A stretch of DNA of 38,227 bases. Origin: Alphaproteobacteria bacterium CG_4_10_14_0_8_um_filter_53_9 (GTDB taxonomy: Bacteria; Pseudomonadota; Alphaproteobacteria; UBA2136; UBA6156). The stretch covers positions 1 through 38,227 of the forward strand of contig PFND01000009.1 of the NCBI GenBank assembly GCA_002791805.1, in the 5' to 3' direction. Shown here piece after piece: positions 27,184 through 37,122 of this stretch (position 1 is its first letter; every line of letters begins with the position of its first letter). The position numbers and the translations under genes were made by a program. Below the pieces are notes generated by a model, which was given only the letters and a program-made list of their open reading frames with translations, was not told where the DNA came from and searched no databases.

Positions 27184-28073
27184 CCAAAAAGGAGTAACAG
27201 AAACCCGGCCAAAATCAAGCCAAATCCAAGTACACTTGCGCGCCCCATGCGCACATGGCCCCGCCATAAGTCATAAGCTCCCAAAAGCGTTGCGGGCAAA
27301 AGCGTCACCACAAGCACAAGCGCCATGGGCAGGCTTTTGTAGGCAAAGCCCTCCATCACATTTCCTAAAAACACACATCCTAAAAGTACACTCACCCAGC
27401 GCCACGGCATGCCACCAAGCGCAGCCCGCACATCCTGCCGCGCCCATAAGCCTGCAAAGCATAGGGCAGCAAGGCCTTGGGCCAAAACAGCATAACTCAG
27501 CACATCGGGCTGGGCCAAAAGCCCCCGTTTATAAAAGCTAAGTTGAAGAACAACCACGCCGCACCACACGGCCAGAATCAACAACGAAACCCCCTTGCCA
27601 CGCCCCTCCTTGGGGGCAGAAGCTTGTTTTCCCAGCAGCATAGCGCCTCCCAGCAAACACACAATCGCCCCCATCGTCGCCAGCGGAAGAACATTCTCAA
27701 ACCAGAAAACATCGGCAACCGCCGCCCCCAGCGTAATCAGGCCTTTTTTATAACCCAAAACCTCGCTCAGGCTAAAGCGCATAATCAACCAGGCAAAACC
27801 GGTGCTGCTGGCCACCATCACACACGCCCACGCAAGGGGCCAGCGCAGGGCGCTCCAGCTCATATCCCACACCAGCAAGCCGCTGTGCACGCCACCCAAA
27901 GCAAGCGCCGCCCACAAAGGCAAAAGCAAACCCACAAGCGCAGGGAAGACAAAAGGAGAGGCCTTCACCCCCGCAGTCCGGCTGCCCGCATGCCCCAAAA
28001 TCTCTTTAAGCGCTACCTGAACCCCCGCAAAAGCGAGCCCACTCCCAAGCGCACACATCAAAGCAATATCCAT
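27180..28073 (-). CDS. Multi-pass membrane protein, DMT/EamA-like
   Basis: 297 aa with about 10 hydrophobic segments in two halves. Confidence 0.6.
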   Translation of the reverse strand: MDIALMCALGSGLAFAGVQVALKEILGHAGSRTAGVKASPFVFPALVGLLLPLWAALALGGVHSGLLVWDMSWSALRWPLAWACVMVASSTGFAWLIMRFSLSEVLGYKKGLITLGAAVADVFWFENVLPLATMGAIVCLLGGAMLLGKQASAPKEGRGKGVSLLILAVWCGVVVLQLSFYKRGLLAQPDVLSYAVLAQGLAALCFAGLWARQDVRAALGGMPWRWVSVLLGCVFLGNVMEGFAYKSLPMALVLVVTLLPATLLGAYDLWRGHVRMGRASVLGFGLILAGFLLLLFG

Positions 28074-28209
28074 TTTACTCTCAACTTTCTTACGAACAAC
28101 TACCCCACTATCAACTCTCTTGACATCCCCCCGCCCAATGTATACTCATATATCTACTCATCTTCACCCCTCCCGTTCCCCCAACGCCCCAAGGGCAAAG
28201 GACACGTCC

Positions 28210-28767
28210 ATGATGACCATCGGAGAATTCAAAATTTTCAATGATGTCTTGCCACTCCTCCTGCAAAGCGTCGGCGTACCGGCAGAACATGCCGGGCCGA
28301 AGGCACTTCATCACAACCTGCAAGAATGGCAAGGATCTGGGCGGGGCAAACCCGAAATTCTGCCCAGTCTTGTCCGCTATGCCTTCATTCACGGTATGGC
28401 GTCTCCCCCAACACCCATCTATCTGAGTTATGTGAAAAAATTTTCACATTCAGGAGGAGAGGATGTTGTCATTATCTTCCCATGTGAAAAATACACAGAA
28501 GATGAAAAGTTGAAAAAGCACCACCTGCTCATCCTCCGTATCTCCCCCATCATAGAGGAAGAACACACCAGTTTCCATTTGTGTGTAGAAGGTGGAGGAT
28601 GCGCCATCCCTCTCCCCTACCATCCGGCAAGGGAAGGCGTCCCGCCCGTCGTCCATAAATGGCTGATAGAAGATAGCATCTTCACCCCGATGATGAGAAA
28701 AATCCTCGCCAAGCTGTTCGATCTGGAAATCCCCGAGGACATGAAGCCCCTCATTCAGGGAGCCTGA
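28210..28767 (+). CDS. Hypothetical protein
   Basis: AAAGGA SD before MMTIGEF; followed by terminator CCCCCGC-TTCG-GCGGGGG-TTTT. Confidence 0.7.
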   Translation: MMTIGEFKIFNDVLPLLLQSVGVPAEHAGPKALHHNLQEWQGSGRGKPEILPSLVRYAFIHGMASPPTPIYLSYVKKFSHSGGEDVVIIFPCEKYTEDEKLKKHHLLILRISPIIEEEHTSFHLCVEGGGCAIPLPYHPAREGVPPVVHKWLIEDSIFTPMMRKILAKLFDLEIPEDMKPLIQGA

Positions 28768-28849
28768 CCCCCTTCCCCATCGCAATCCCCCCCGCTTCGG
28801 CGGGGGTTTTGCGTTGCCCCCCTCCTCCTTTTCCCCTATCCTGCCTCCC

Positions 28850-29980
28850 ATGCTCACCCCCGCCCAAAAAGCCACTCTGCGCCTTGCCCGCACGCCGCGC
28901 ATCGGCCCGGTTACCTATAGGCGGCTCATCACGCGCTATGGCACAGCAGAAGAAATTATAGAGCGCTGGCCCCACATCGCCAAAAACGGCCACATCCTCG
29001 CCTCTCTGGGGGATATTGAGAAAGAGCTGGAGCTCACAGGAAAAGCAGGCGGCTGGCTGATAACCATAGAAGATGATGCCTACCCGCAGGTCTTAAAACA
29101 TCTGGCAGATAGTCCGCTCACCCTCAGCGGTCTGGGCAGCGTCCGCGCCCTGTCCACCCGCCACATCGGCATCGTAGGCACACGCAATGCCAGCCTCGCA
29201 GGCACGCAGTGGGTGGAGGATCTGTCCCACACACTGGCCAAAACAGGCCTCACCATCACCAGCGGATTAGCCAGAGGGATGGATGGCGCCGCCCACAAAG
29301 GCGCTCTAAAAGCAGCGGGGCTCACCGTTGCCGTGCTGGGCGGCGGGGCCGATAGCCTTTACCCGCCGGAGCACACCAAGCTGCGGGAACAGATCACCGA
29401 AGGCGGCGGCGCCATCATATCCGAGCAACCGTGGGGCACGCCCCCCCGGGCAGAGCTTTTTCCCCGCCGCAACCGCATCATCGCAGGCCTGTCCGAGGCT
29501 GTCGTGGTGGCCGAGGCCAGCCGTCACAGCGGCAGCCTCATCACGGCGCAGTACGCGCTGGAATACGGGAAAGAGGTGTTTGCCGTGCCCGGCAACCCGA
29601 CAGATCCGCGCGCCGCAGGCCCCAACTGGCTCCTCAAAAACGGTGCCACCCTCACAGAAAATGCTCAAGATATTCTGGATGCCCTGCCGGCTCATGCGCC
29701 CGCACACCTCTCCTCCCGCCTCCCCGGCACAAACGACAGGATTCAAAATCCCCCCTCCCTCTTCCAAGGTATCCCTTACTCCCAACTCTCAACTCCCAAC
29801 CCTCACCTTGAAACACCCGGCTCTCAACTCATAGATCTCCTCTCTCCCCAAGGGGTAGAGCTGGATGATCTGATACGAGAAACAGGCCAAAAAGAAACGG
29901 CCCTCATGGCCGAGCTGACCGAGCTGGAGCTCATGGGCCAAGCACAGCGCACACCCGATGGCCGCTGGCAAAAAGCCTAA
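28850..29980 (+). CDS. dprA: DNA-processing protein DprA
   Basis: IVGTRNAS, SGLARGMDGAAH, FPRRNRIIAGLS, SGSLITA and VFAVPG; C-terminal winged helix. Confidence 0.96.
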   Translation: MLTPAQKATLRLARTPRIGPVTYRRLITRYGTAEEIIERWPHIAKNGHILASLGDIEKELELTGKAGGWLITIEDDAYPQVLKHLADSPLTLSGLGSVRALSTRHIGIVGTRNASLAGTQWVEDLSHTLAKTGLTITSGLARGMDGAAHKGALKAAGLTVAVLGGGADSLYPPEHTKLREQITEGGGAIISEQPWGTPPRAELFPRRNRIIAGLSEAVVVAEASRHSGSLITAQYALEYGKEVFAVPGNPTDPRAAGPNWLLKNGATLTENAQDILDALPAHAPAHLSSRLPGTNDRIQNPPSLFQGIPYSQLSTPNPHLETPGSQLIDLLSPQGVELDDLIRETGQKETALMAELTELELMGQAQRTPDGRWQKA

Positions 29981-29983
29981 AAC

Positions 29984-30709
29984 CTACCGCAACACCATCA
30001 AATACCGCGTATCCACCCCCGTCGCCGCCACCCAGCGTTGAGAAAGGGTTAAAAAGCGCAAATACTGCACATGGTCAGGGGTGAGGCCGTGCTTGCGCGC
30101 CACCGCTTTCACCACCGAGGGTTTGTAAAAGCGGGAATACGACCGCTGCCCCACAGGCACACGGCGGTACACCCGCTCCGAGAGAACAATGTGCATGAAC
30201 CACGCCTTAAACGTGTGGTTAATGGCCGAGAAAATAATCATTCCCCCCGGTGCCAAAAGCTGTTTCAGGGTCCAGATAAAGCGGTCAAGGTCATCAACAT
30301 CTTCGGCCACATCAAGGGCCAGAATCACATCAAAACGATGGCCTTGGGGCAATAAATCTCCGGCCCTGCACTGCAAAAAGTGCACAGGAGAGCCAAAGGC
30401 CTCCGCACTGGCGCGGGCCACATCCAGCACGGCGGGGTTGGGGTCAATCGCAGTAATATCGGCACCGGAAAGCCCCAGAAACTCCGAAATAGAGCTCTCG
30501 CCGCACCCCACATCAAGCAGTTTTTTTCCAAACAGCGGGGCAGGTTCATCGGCGCGTATCTTAAAATGGGCCACCGTTTGTTCTAAAATATATCTTTGGC
30601 GCAACACGTTAAAGCTGCGGTAAACCTCGCGTTTCGCGGGCGGAGATTGCAAAAGACCCACCAGCTGACGCGCAGGCAAAGTGGTGGAATGCAAAGATCT
30701 CTTGTCCAT
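29984..30709 (-). CDS. UbiG-like class I SAM-dependent methyltransferase, divergent
   Basis: LLDVGCG motif I; [18 protein letters not shown] resembles UbiG. Confidence 0.75.
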   Translation of the reverse strand: MDKRSLHSTTLPARQLVGLLQSPPAKREVYRSFNVLRQRYILEQTVAHFKIRADEPAPLFGKKLLDVGCGESSISEFLGLSGADITAIDPNPAVLDVARASAEAFGSPVHFLQCRAGDLLPQGHRFDVILALDVAEDVDDLDRFIWTLKQLLAPGGMIIFSAINHTFKAWFMHIVLSERVYRRVPVGQRSYSRFYKPSVVKAVARKHGLTPDHVQYLRFLTLSQRWVAATGVDTRYLMVLR

Positions 30710-30830
30710 AAGAAGCGGTAGGATAGACGGGTTTAATGCCCTTGCCAAGGGGGCATGCATATGGCACAACGCACACGTGCGCACAGGCGTACAATATACT
30801 AACCAGACCACTAGAAAGGTTGTGATACGC

Positions 30831-31031
30831 ATGGTTCGAGTAGACGTTAGAGATAACGATGTCGAGCAGGCGCTCCGACGGATGAAAAAGGTTATGAATC
30901 GTGAAGGGTTGTTTCGCGAGCTTCGCGCTCGTCGCCACCACGAGAAACCGTTTGAAATCCGTGCCCGCGAGAAAAAGGAAGGCATTCGCCGGACTCGTAA
31001 AGCGGACTGGAAACGCCGCGTAGAACTCTAG
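30831..31031 (+). CDS. rpsU: 30S ribosomal protein S21
   Basis: [20 protein letters not shown]...RRHHEKP; followed by a terminator at 31050-31077. Confidence 0.95.
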   Translation: MVRVDVRDNDVEQALRRMKKVMNREGLFRELRARRHHEKPFEIRAREKKEGIRRTRKADWKRRVEL

Positions 31032-31098
31032 AAGTTCCACACGTTCTATAAAAAAGGCGGCTTCGGTCGCCTTTTTTCTTGCGCTCGCGGGCGTAAAA

Positions 31099-32433
31099 AT
31101 GAATACTGAACTCATGGAAACCATCAAACTCACAGGCGCCGTCGGCGGCTTCCCGGAATTTCTTCCCGCCCAGCAGCGCGCGGCAGATGAGATCATCAGC
31201 ATCATCAAAACGCAGTATGAAAGCTATGGATATACCCCGCTCGAGACCGCCACGGTGGAGAAGATAGAAACCCTTCTCGCCAAAGGCATCGCCGCAAAGG
31301 AAGTTTATGGCCTGCGCCGGTTGAATGCAGAAGACGGCGAAGGCGATAAAGAACTGGCCCTCCGGTTCGATCTTACCGTCCCGCTCGCCCGCTACGTGGT
31401 GCAAAATCAAAACGAACTGGTCTTCCCTTTCCGCCGCTATCAAATCCAACCTGTCTTTCGGGGAGAACGACCCCAAAAAGGCCGATACCGTCAGTTTCAT
31501 CAGGCAGATATTGATATTCTCGGACAAGAAACCCTCCCCCTCTCGGCCGATGCCGAGGTCATCGCCTGCGCCACACAAACGCTGGCGGCCATCCTCCCCA
31601 AAGGGGAAGAGTTTATCCTGCGCATCAACAACCGCAAACTGCTGCAAGGCCTCGTCGCATGGGCAGGGTCGGCAGATATCCCCGCCGCCATCAAAACCAT
31701 CGATAATGCGGAGAAAGTCGGCTGGCCCAAAACCATAGAAGGTCTTATCCAAACCGCCATTGCAGCCCCCAAAGCTGAGGATCTGGCAGCGCTTCTTCAA
31801 GCCTCCAATCTGGAGAATCTCACAAAACTCGGCCTTTCAGGCGAGGCCGAAGAAGGACTGACCGAACTGCAAACCGTGCTCTCTCTCGCCAAAACCCTGC
31901 TGCCCCCTGCCCTTCATGGCAACCTGAAGGCCGATCTCACCATCGCCCGCGGGCTGGATTATTATACAGGCACCGTGGTAGAGACAGTCGTCGCATCCGC
32001 AAAAGAACTCGGCAGCGTGTGTAGCGGCGGTCGGTACGAAAATCTTACGGCAAGCCTCGGTAAAAAAGCCATCCCGGGTGTGGGCCTCAGCATTGGCCTG
32101 TCGCGCCTGCTCGCGTGGCTGCTTACACAAGAGCCTTGGGCCTCCATGCCCGCCACCCCCGCCACAGTGCTCGTCACCTGTCAGGATGAAAACCTGATGG
32201 CCTACTATGCCAAAGTGGCGCAAACATTGCGCCAGGCGGGCATCAAAACCGAGCTGCACCCGGGCGGCCAGGCCCTCGGCACACAAATCAAAAACGGGGT
32301 TAAACGGGGCCTCACCTTCGCCATCATGGCGAATGATGACGATGCGAAGGCAAACCGCGTGCAACTGAAAAATCTGGCCACCGCCACCCAATCCGAGCAA
32401 GCGCTGGAAACCCTCCCCACCGCCCTCCTCTAA
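31099..32433 (+). CDS. hisS: Histidine--tRNA ligase
   Basis: LRFDLTVPLAR, FRGERPQKGRYRQFHQ, ARGLDYYTG and GGRY; true start may be 31114. Confidence 0.97.
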   Translation: MNTELMETIKLTGAVGGFPEFLPAQQRAADEIISIIKTQYESYGYTPLETATVEKIETLLAKGIAAKEVYGLRRLNAEDGEGDKELALRFDLTVPLARYVVQNQNELVFPFRRYQIQPVFRGERPQKGRYRQFHQADIDILGQETLPLSADAEVIACATQTLAAILPKGEEFILRINNRKLLQGLVAWAGSADIPAAIKTIDNAEKVGWPKTIEGLIQTAIAAPKAEDLAALLQASNLENLTKLGLSGEAEEGLTELQTVLSLAKTLLPPALHGNLKADLTIARGLDYYTGTVVETVVASAKELGSVCSGGRYENLTASLGKKAIPGVGLSIGLSRLLAWLLTQEPWASMPATPATVLVTCQDENLMAYYAKVAQTLRQAGIKTELHPGGQALGTQIKNGVKRGLTFAIMANDDDAKANRVQLKNLATATQSEQALETLPTALL

Positions 32434-32445
32434 AGTAGCGAGACA

Positions 32446-32482
32446 AAAAAGAAGGGCCGGCGCAAATTGCACCGGCCCTTCT
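32446..32482. terminator. Bidirectional terminator
   Basis: AGAAGGGCCGG...CCGGCCCTTCT between convergent genes. Confidence 0.8.
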
Positions 32483-32496
32483 CCTCCTTTCATCGT

Positions 32497-34173
32497 TCAA
32501 TGCGTCACCAGTTCTCTCGAAGCCTCCGAAGAGGCGCGATAGATAGCCAACTCAACAGGGGCATAAGGCGTTGTGTCTTCAACACTCACAGCACCACCTT
32601 CAATTGCGTCCCAAAGGAGGTTCTGAATCTCCTCATGAGCCAGACGCGAAAGATGTTCACGGCTATAAGCATAAGTCCCTGCAAGCAAATTCAAGAGACC
32701 TGAAGTTACAAAAACCTCTTTCCCATTCTGGTTTGCCCTTTCAAGCATCTCCGTCATGGATAATCCCTCACGGGCCGTTTGTGGACGATAGAGATGAAGT
32801 CTCTCTCGCCCACGCATCTTCCCCTTAGGATCAAGCAAGGCCTTCATAGCCTGAATGTCCCCATACATGTGACCCAAAAGAGGCGTCACTTCTTCCCGAG
32901 GTTTGGAGATTTCCTCCAACCTTTCGGAAAGAACATTGAGTTGATGAAGATACGGCTCAACAATCTGCTTCACAGCCAGCACGATTCCCTCGATAATATC
33001 GCGAGAAACAGAAGGAAGCAGCTCTGCAATCTGGGCAACAGCATCATTTGCAGATGTTCGTGCCACATGAGTGGCCTTGTCCATCGTCAAACTTTCAGGC
33101 AAAACAGGCGCAGGCATCTCTGCCAGAACCCGCGTTGCAATCGCCGATGCCAAAGCATCAACATCCATCTCCGCCGCAGGCCCCGCATGGGCACCCACCA
33201 CTTCAATAGCTTTCCGCGCAGCTTGCGCTTCAAGAGATGCAGCCCGTGCAGAACCGCCAGCACTTCTCACGCCATCCAGAATCACATCAAGATGATCAAA
33301 AAGAGTGGCGTCCATGCTGGAAGATCCACGCAAAGCTTCCTTAAGCTCGGCGATAACCTTCGGATCAAACCCTTGGATATGCCGCAAAGCTTCCCTCAGG
33401 CCATCACGCTCCGCAGCCACGTGTGCCACCTCAAGCCGAAGCTCAAGAGTGTATTCGCGCACACGTGCTTGCATTCTGGCTTCTTCTGTCTGTCGACGAA
33501 CCTTGGCCGAAACCAAAAAAGCCTTCAGGAGATCAGCGTGCCGCAAAAAGCGCCGCCGCAAAGCAGCCCCCTCAGCAAGAACATCCTGCTGAGCTTGAAG
33601 CGTTTCCGCTTCAAGCTGATTCACACGATCTTGGTACAAACCCTCAAGCGCTGCCATACGTTCAGAAAACGCGCCTTCCAGCGCATCTTCCTTGGCACGA
33701 AGCGTTTCAGCATCGGCCGCACGGCTTCGTGCCAAGGCATCCGCCGCATGCCGCTTAATGGCATCCACCGAAGCTTGCGCATCCGTGATAGCTTTGTCCG
33801 CAGCCTCTTCCCGTGCTTTAGCAGCTTGAAGAGCCACCTCTGCACGTTCATTGGCCGCCAAAATGGCTTTATCTGCGTCGTCTTTCACAAGACGCCGCAG
33901 ATCGGCCAGTTCGTCAGCAAACTCTCCTTTCGCAGTCTCCAGACGCCGCTGAGCTTCCGTCACCTGAAGAGCAAGCTCTTCATTGCGTTCGGTCAGCCGA
34001 TTCTTCTCAGCAATTACTGCCGTAAGATCTCCCGCCAACCGAGTATTTTCGGCCAGGACGGCCTCAGCCGCCGCCAGTGTTTTTTCCCAGAGGTCAGCAT
34101 TAACGGCAACCTCTCCGTCCCGAAGACGGTCAGCATCGCCCCCCGAAGAAGACGTTTGTGTTTGAGCGTTCAT
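32497..34173 (-). CDS. Long coiled-coil hypothetical protein
   Basis: 558 aa, A/E/L/R-rich heptad-like N-terminal half; AAAGGA SD. Confidence 0.8.
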   Translation of the reverse strand: MNAQTQTSSSGGDADRLRDGEVAVNADLWEKTLAAAEAVLAENTRLAGDLTAVIAEKNRLTERNEELALQVTEAQRRLETAKGEFADELADLRRLVKDDADKAILAANERAEVALQAAKAREEAADKAITDAQASVDAIKRHAADALARSRAADAETLRAKEDALEGAFSERMAALEGLYQDRVNQLEAETLQAQQDVLAEGAALRRRFLRHADLLKAFLVSAKVRRQTEEARMQARVREYTLELRLEVAHVAAERDGLREALRHIQGFDPKVIAELKEALRGSSSMDATLFDHLDVILDGVRSAGGSARAASLEAQAARKAIEVVGAHAGPAAEMDVDALASAIATRVLAEMPAPVLPESLTMDKATHVARTSANDAVAQIAELLPSVSRDIIEGIVLAVKQIVEPYLHQLNVLSERLEEISKPREEVTPLLGHMYGDIQAMKALLDPKGKMRGRERLHLYRPQTAREGLSMTEMLERANQNGKEVFVTSGLLNLLAGTYAYSREHLSRLAHEEIQNLLWDAIEGGAVSVEDTTPYAPVELAIYRASSEASRELVTH

Positions 34174-34416
34174 AGCCCAGTCCTTTCTCCCTCAAGGGGA
34201 ATGAGTCGCCCAGATTAGTAATCCAGACGAGAAAAGTGACACAAGCCCCCGAAAGGGCTTAGATTTATACTTACCCTGTTTATAGAACACACCTCACCAA
34301 ATACAAGCCCTCACGCCCACAAAATGTATACTAAATAGGTGCAAACACTCCTAAAAACACATTTTGTGCACCACATCCCTCAAAACCCTCTCAAAAATCA
34401 TCAACATTCTCCACCT

Positions 34417-34515
34417 CCTACCCGTCTCTTACCCGCCCCTTACCCCGCGCTTACCCGTCGCTTACCCTTAAAACCCCCGCCCCTTACCCCTCGTTTACCC
34501 GCCTCTAACCACCGT
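34417..34515. repeat. Degenerate tandem array of nine 11-bp units, consensus CTTACCCgNNN
   Basis: cctacccgtct/cttacccgccc/cttaccccgcg/cttacccgtcg/cttacccttaa/aacccccgccc/cttacccctcg/tttacccgcct/ctaaccaccgt. Confidence 0.85.
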
Positions 34516-34529
34516 TTGCTTCATCCCAC

Positions 34530-34558
34530 TTGACCTTCCGCCAAAACCCCCGTAAAAC
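34530..34558 (+). promoter_or_regulatory. Sigma70-like promoter of prfA
   Basis: TTGACC-N17-TAAAAC, 7 nt before ATG 34566. Confidence 0.6.
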
Positions 34559-34565
34559 CGTGCTT

Positions 34566-35654
34566 ATGTCGCTCAATATGCAAAGTCAAATCCAAAAAAT
34601 CATCACCCGCAGGGCCGAAGTTGCGGAGAAATTAATGGATCCCACCGTCACCTCAGACATCGCAAGTTACACAAAATTATCCAAAGAATACAAAGCATTA
34701 GAGGAAGTCTGCACCCAAGGCGAAACCTATCTCGCCCTCGCAAAATCCAAATCCGAAGCCGCCGAGATCCTCGCCGATAAAACCGCCGACCCCGACTTCA
34801 AATCCATGGCCCAAGACGAGTACGATAACGCCTTGAAAGAACTTCCAAAACTGGAAGAAAATCTCAAAGTCCTCCTCCTCCCCAAAGATGAAGATGACGA
34901 ACGCAACGCCATCCTCGAAATCCGCGCTGGAACTGGCGGAGACGAGGCTGCCCTCTTCGCCGCAGACCTGTTTAAGATGTATAACGCCTACGCCGCCACG
35001 CAAGATTGGACGGTAGAAATTCAGGATGTCTCAGAATCAGACGTCGGCGGCTACAAAGAAATTATTGCAAAAATAACAGGTTATAATGTATTTGGTAAAC
35101 TGAAGTTTGAAAGCGGTGTCCACCGTGTACAACGTGTCCCCGCCACCGAGACACAAGGCCGCGTCCACACCTCCGCCGCCACCGTTGCTGTCCTGCCAGA
35201 GGCCGAAGAAGTCGATGTTCATATTGAGGAAAAAGACCTCAGAATCGATGTTTTCCGGAGCTCAGGCCCAGGTGGCCAAAGCGTAAACACCACCGATAGT
35301 GCTGTGCGTATCACCCACCTGCCCACCAACATTGTTGTGCAATGCCAAGATGAGAAAAGCCAACTCAAAAACAAAGCCAAAGCTCTTAATATTTTAAGGT
35401 CACGCATCCTCGCTGCCGAGCGAGAAAAAGTAGACGCAGTAAGGGCTCTATCCCGTAAAAGCATGGTTGGTAGTGGCGATAGATCAGAAAAAATTCGTAC
35501 TTACAACTACCCTCAATCACGGGTGACCGATCACCGAATCGAAACCTCTTGGCATAGCCTGAACAGCATTATGCAAGGCATTGGGTTAGAAGACGTTATC
35601 GACACATTGCAAAGAGAAGATCAGGCAGCTCGCCTTGCGGCTCTTGCTGAATAA
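34566..35654 (+). CDS. prfA: Peptide chain release factor 1
   Basis: RAGTGGDEA, QRVPATE (PxT motif), GPGGQ and IRTYNYPQ. Confidence 0.98.
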   Translation: MSLNMQSQIQKIITRRAEVAEKLMDPTVTSDIASYTKLSKEYKALEEVCTQGETYLALAKSKSEAAEILADKTADPDFKSMAQDEYDNALKELPKLEENLKVLLLPKDEDDERNAILEIRAGTGGDEAALFAADLFKMYNAYAATQDWTVEIQDVSESDVGGYKEIIAKITGYNVFGKLKFESGVHRVQRVPATETQGRVHTSAATVAVLPEAEEVDVHIEEKDLRIDVFRSSGPGGQSVNTTDSAVRITHLPTNIVVQCQDEKSQLKNKAKALNILRSRILAAEREKVDAVRALSRKSMVGSGDRSEKIRTYNYPQSRVTDHRIETSWHSLNSIMQGIGLEDVIDTLQREDQAARLAALAE

Positions 35655-35655
35655 A

Positions 35656-36516
35656 ATGCCCCTTCCCTCCGTCGGCCAACTCTGGCGAGATCTTCAAAAA
35701 AAACTAGATGAATCTGATATAAACCCTGCGCCACGAGAAGGAAAAATGATCCTTGCTCATGCACTTGGTTGCCAGATAGAGGATCTTCTTCTATGTGAAG
35801 ATGCCTTCGTAACAAATGATGTTTATAGACAAACACAATCCCTCCTCAAGCGACGCCAAACGAAAGAACCTCTTGGATATGTTTTAGGAAGAGCTCCTTT
35901 TTGGAAGCAAGACTGGATCGTAAGGTCTGGCGTCCTGATCCCCAGACCCGACAGCGAAATTCTCATTGCAGAAGTCCTCAAAGAGAGAGAAAAAAATCTC
36001 TCCATTCTAGAAGTTGGTACAGGCTCAGGAGCTCTTCTTGCAAGCATCTTGCAAGAACGTCCCACATGGTATGGAACAGGCCTAGAAAACAACCCTATCG
36101 CCCGTGCATGCAGTGAGGAAAACCTTTCATCTTACATACCACGTACTCGTTTTAATTTATTAGATTCCATAGATGATTTAGAGCAAACCCCTCTTTCCTT
36201 TTCTATCATCTTCACAAACCCTCCCTACATATCAGAAGAGGAATTTGAAAATTTAGACGAATGCGTTAAAGACCACGAGCCAAAATCAGCCCTTACGGGA
36301 GAAAAAGACAACCCGACAGGACTTACTTACTACACAGACTGGATACCCCGCCTTAAAAATATGTTAGTACCTCATGGCCTCTTGGCTATGGAGATCGGAC
36401 ACACACAAGCTGCTGAAGTCCAAAATTTGTTCCTGCTTAACGGCTTCTCACAAATCGTCATAATAGAGGATATTGCAGGCCGCCCAAGGGTCGTCAAAGG
36501 ATATAACATCCGCTAA
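35656..36516 (+). CDS. prmC: Release factor glutamine methyltransferase
   Basis: EPLGYVLG, VLIPRPDSE, EVGTGSG and NPPY; directly downstream of prfA. Confidence 0.95.
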   Translation: MPLPSVGQLWRDLQKKLDESDINPAPREGKMILAHALGCQIEDLLLCEDAFVTNDVYRQTQSLLKRRQTKEPLGYVLGRAPFWKQDWIVRSGVLIPRPDSEILIAEVLKEREKNLSILEVGTGSGALLASILQERPTWYGTGLENNPIARACSEENLSSYIPRTRFNLLDSIDDLEQTPLSFSIIFTNPPYISEEEFENLDECVKDHEPKSALTGEKDNPTGLTYYTDWIPRLKNMLVPHGLLAMEIGHTQAAEVQNLFLLNGFSQIVIIEDIAGRPRVVKGYNIR

Positions 36517-36526
36517 CCTTGCTAGC

Positions 36527-37117
36527 ATGTTTAGTAGTAAAAATTATTTTATGCACATATGGGTTGCCCCCTTATTTCTCACGCTAATCGGGTGTGTTTC
36601 TCAAAAACCATTAACCAACCCTCTGCCTTATCACTTCACAAAAGCAACATTTGTTGATGAACGATCTGAAGAGGACAGAAATGATGTCAGACTTAATGAA
36701 ACACCTTTTAATCCCTCTCGTTTTACAGAAGCCTTAAAAGGTGGGCTTCCAAGAAGCATCTTTTCAAACAATAGCGCCACTCTTCACGTAACCCTTCAAC
36801 ACTATGAGATCACACGCTTTAACAATAGTTATGCCCTCTCTATCGTGGCCAAGATGAGCAGTAATGATGCTTACGGGCGAAAACTAGCCTCACATGTTAC
36901 AGCCTGTTCAGAAGTAGGGAGAGAAGGCTTTGCGCTCGTGGATTATGCAACACAGTTGAGAGAAGAAAAAGACCTCCGAAGCTTGACCTCCGAAGGACGG
37001 GCATCAAATATGTGGCAAAAGCTATACAATACATGCGTACATAGCCTTATAAGCCAATACGCCATGGCCTTAGAGACTGACAGCCTGATCCCTGATTCAG
37101 GCTCAACCAAGGAGTAA
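36527..37117 (+). CDS. Hypothetical protein, probable lipoprotein
   Basis: LTLIGC lipobox-like sequence; start uncertain (36527 or 36551). Confidence 0.7.
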   Translation: MFSSKNYFMHIWVAPLFLTLIGCVSQKPLTNPLPYHFTKATFVDERSEEDRNDVRLNETPFNPSRFTEALKGGLPRSIFSNNSATLHVTLQHYEITRFNNSYALSIVAKMSSNDAYGRKLASHVTACSEVGREGFALVDYATQLREEKDLRSLTSEGRASNMWQKLYNTCVHSLISQYAMALETDSLIPDSGSTKE

Positions 37118-37122
37118 CCTTT

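Noticed and set aside
32779-34218. 479-aa ORF antisense to the coiled-coil gene
   Set aside because: Shadow frame with no SD and implausible composition; the minus-strand ORF has an SD and a terminator
34417-34515. Repeat array read as a CRISPR or as a coding repeat (ORF 34339-34533)
   Set aside because: Units are 11 bp with no spacers and no cas genes; the period is not a multiple of 3
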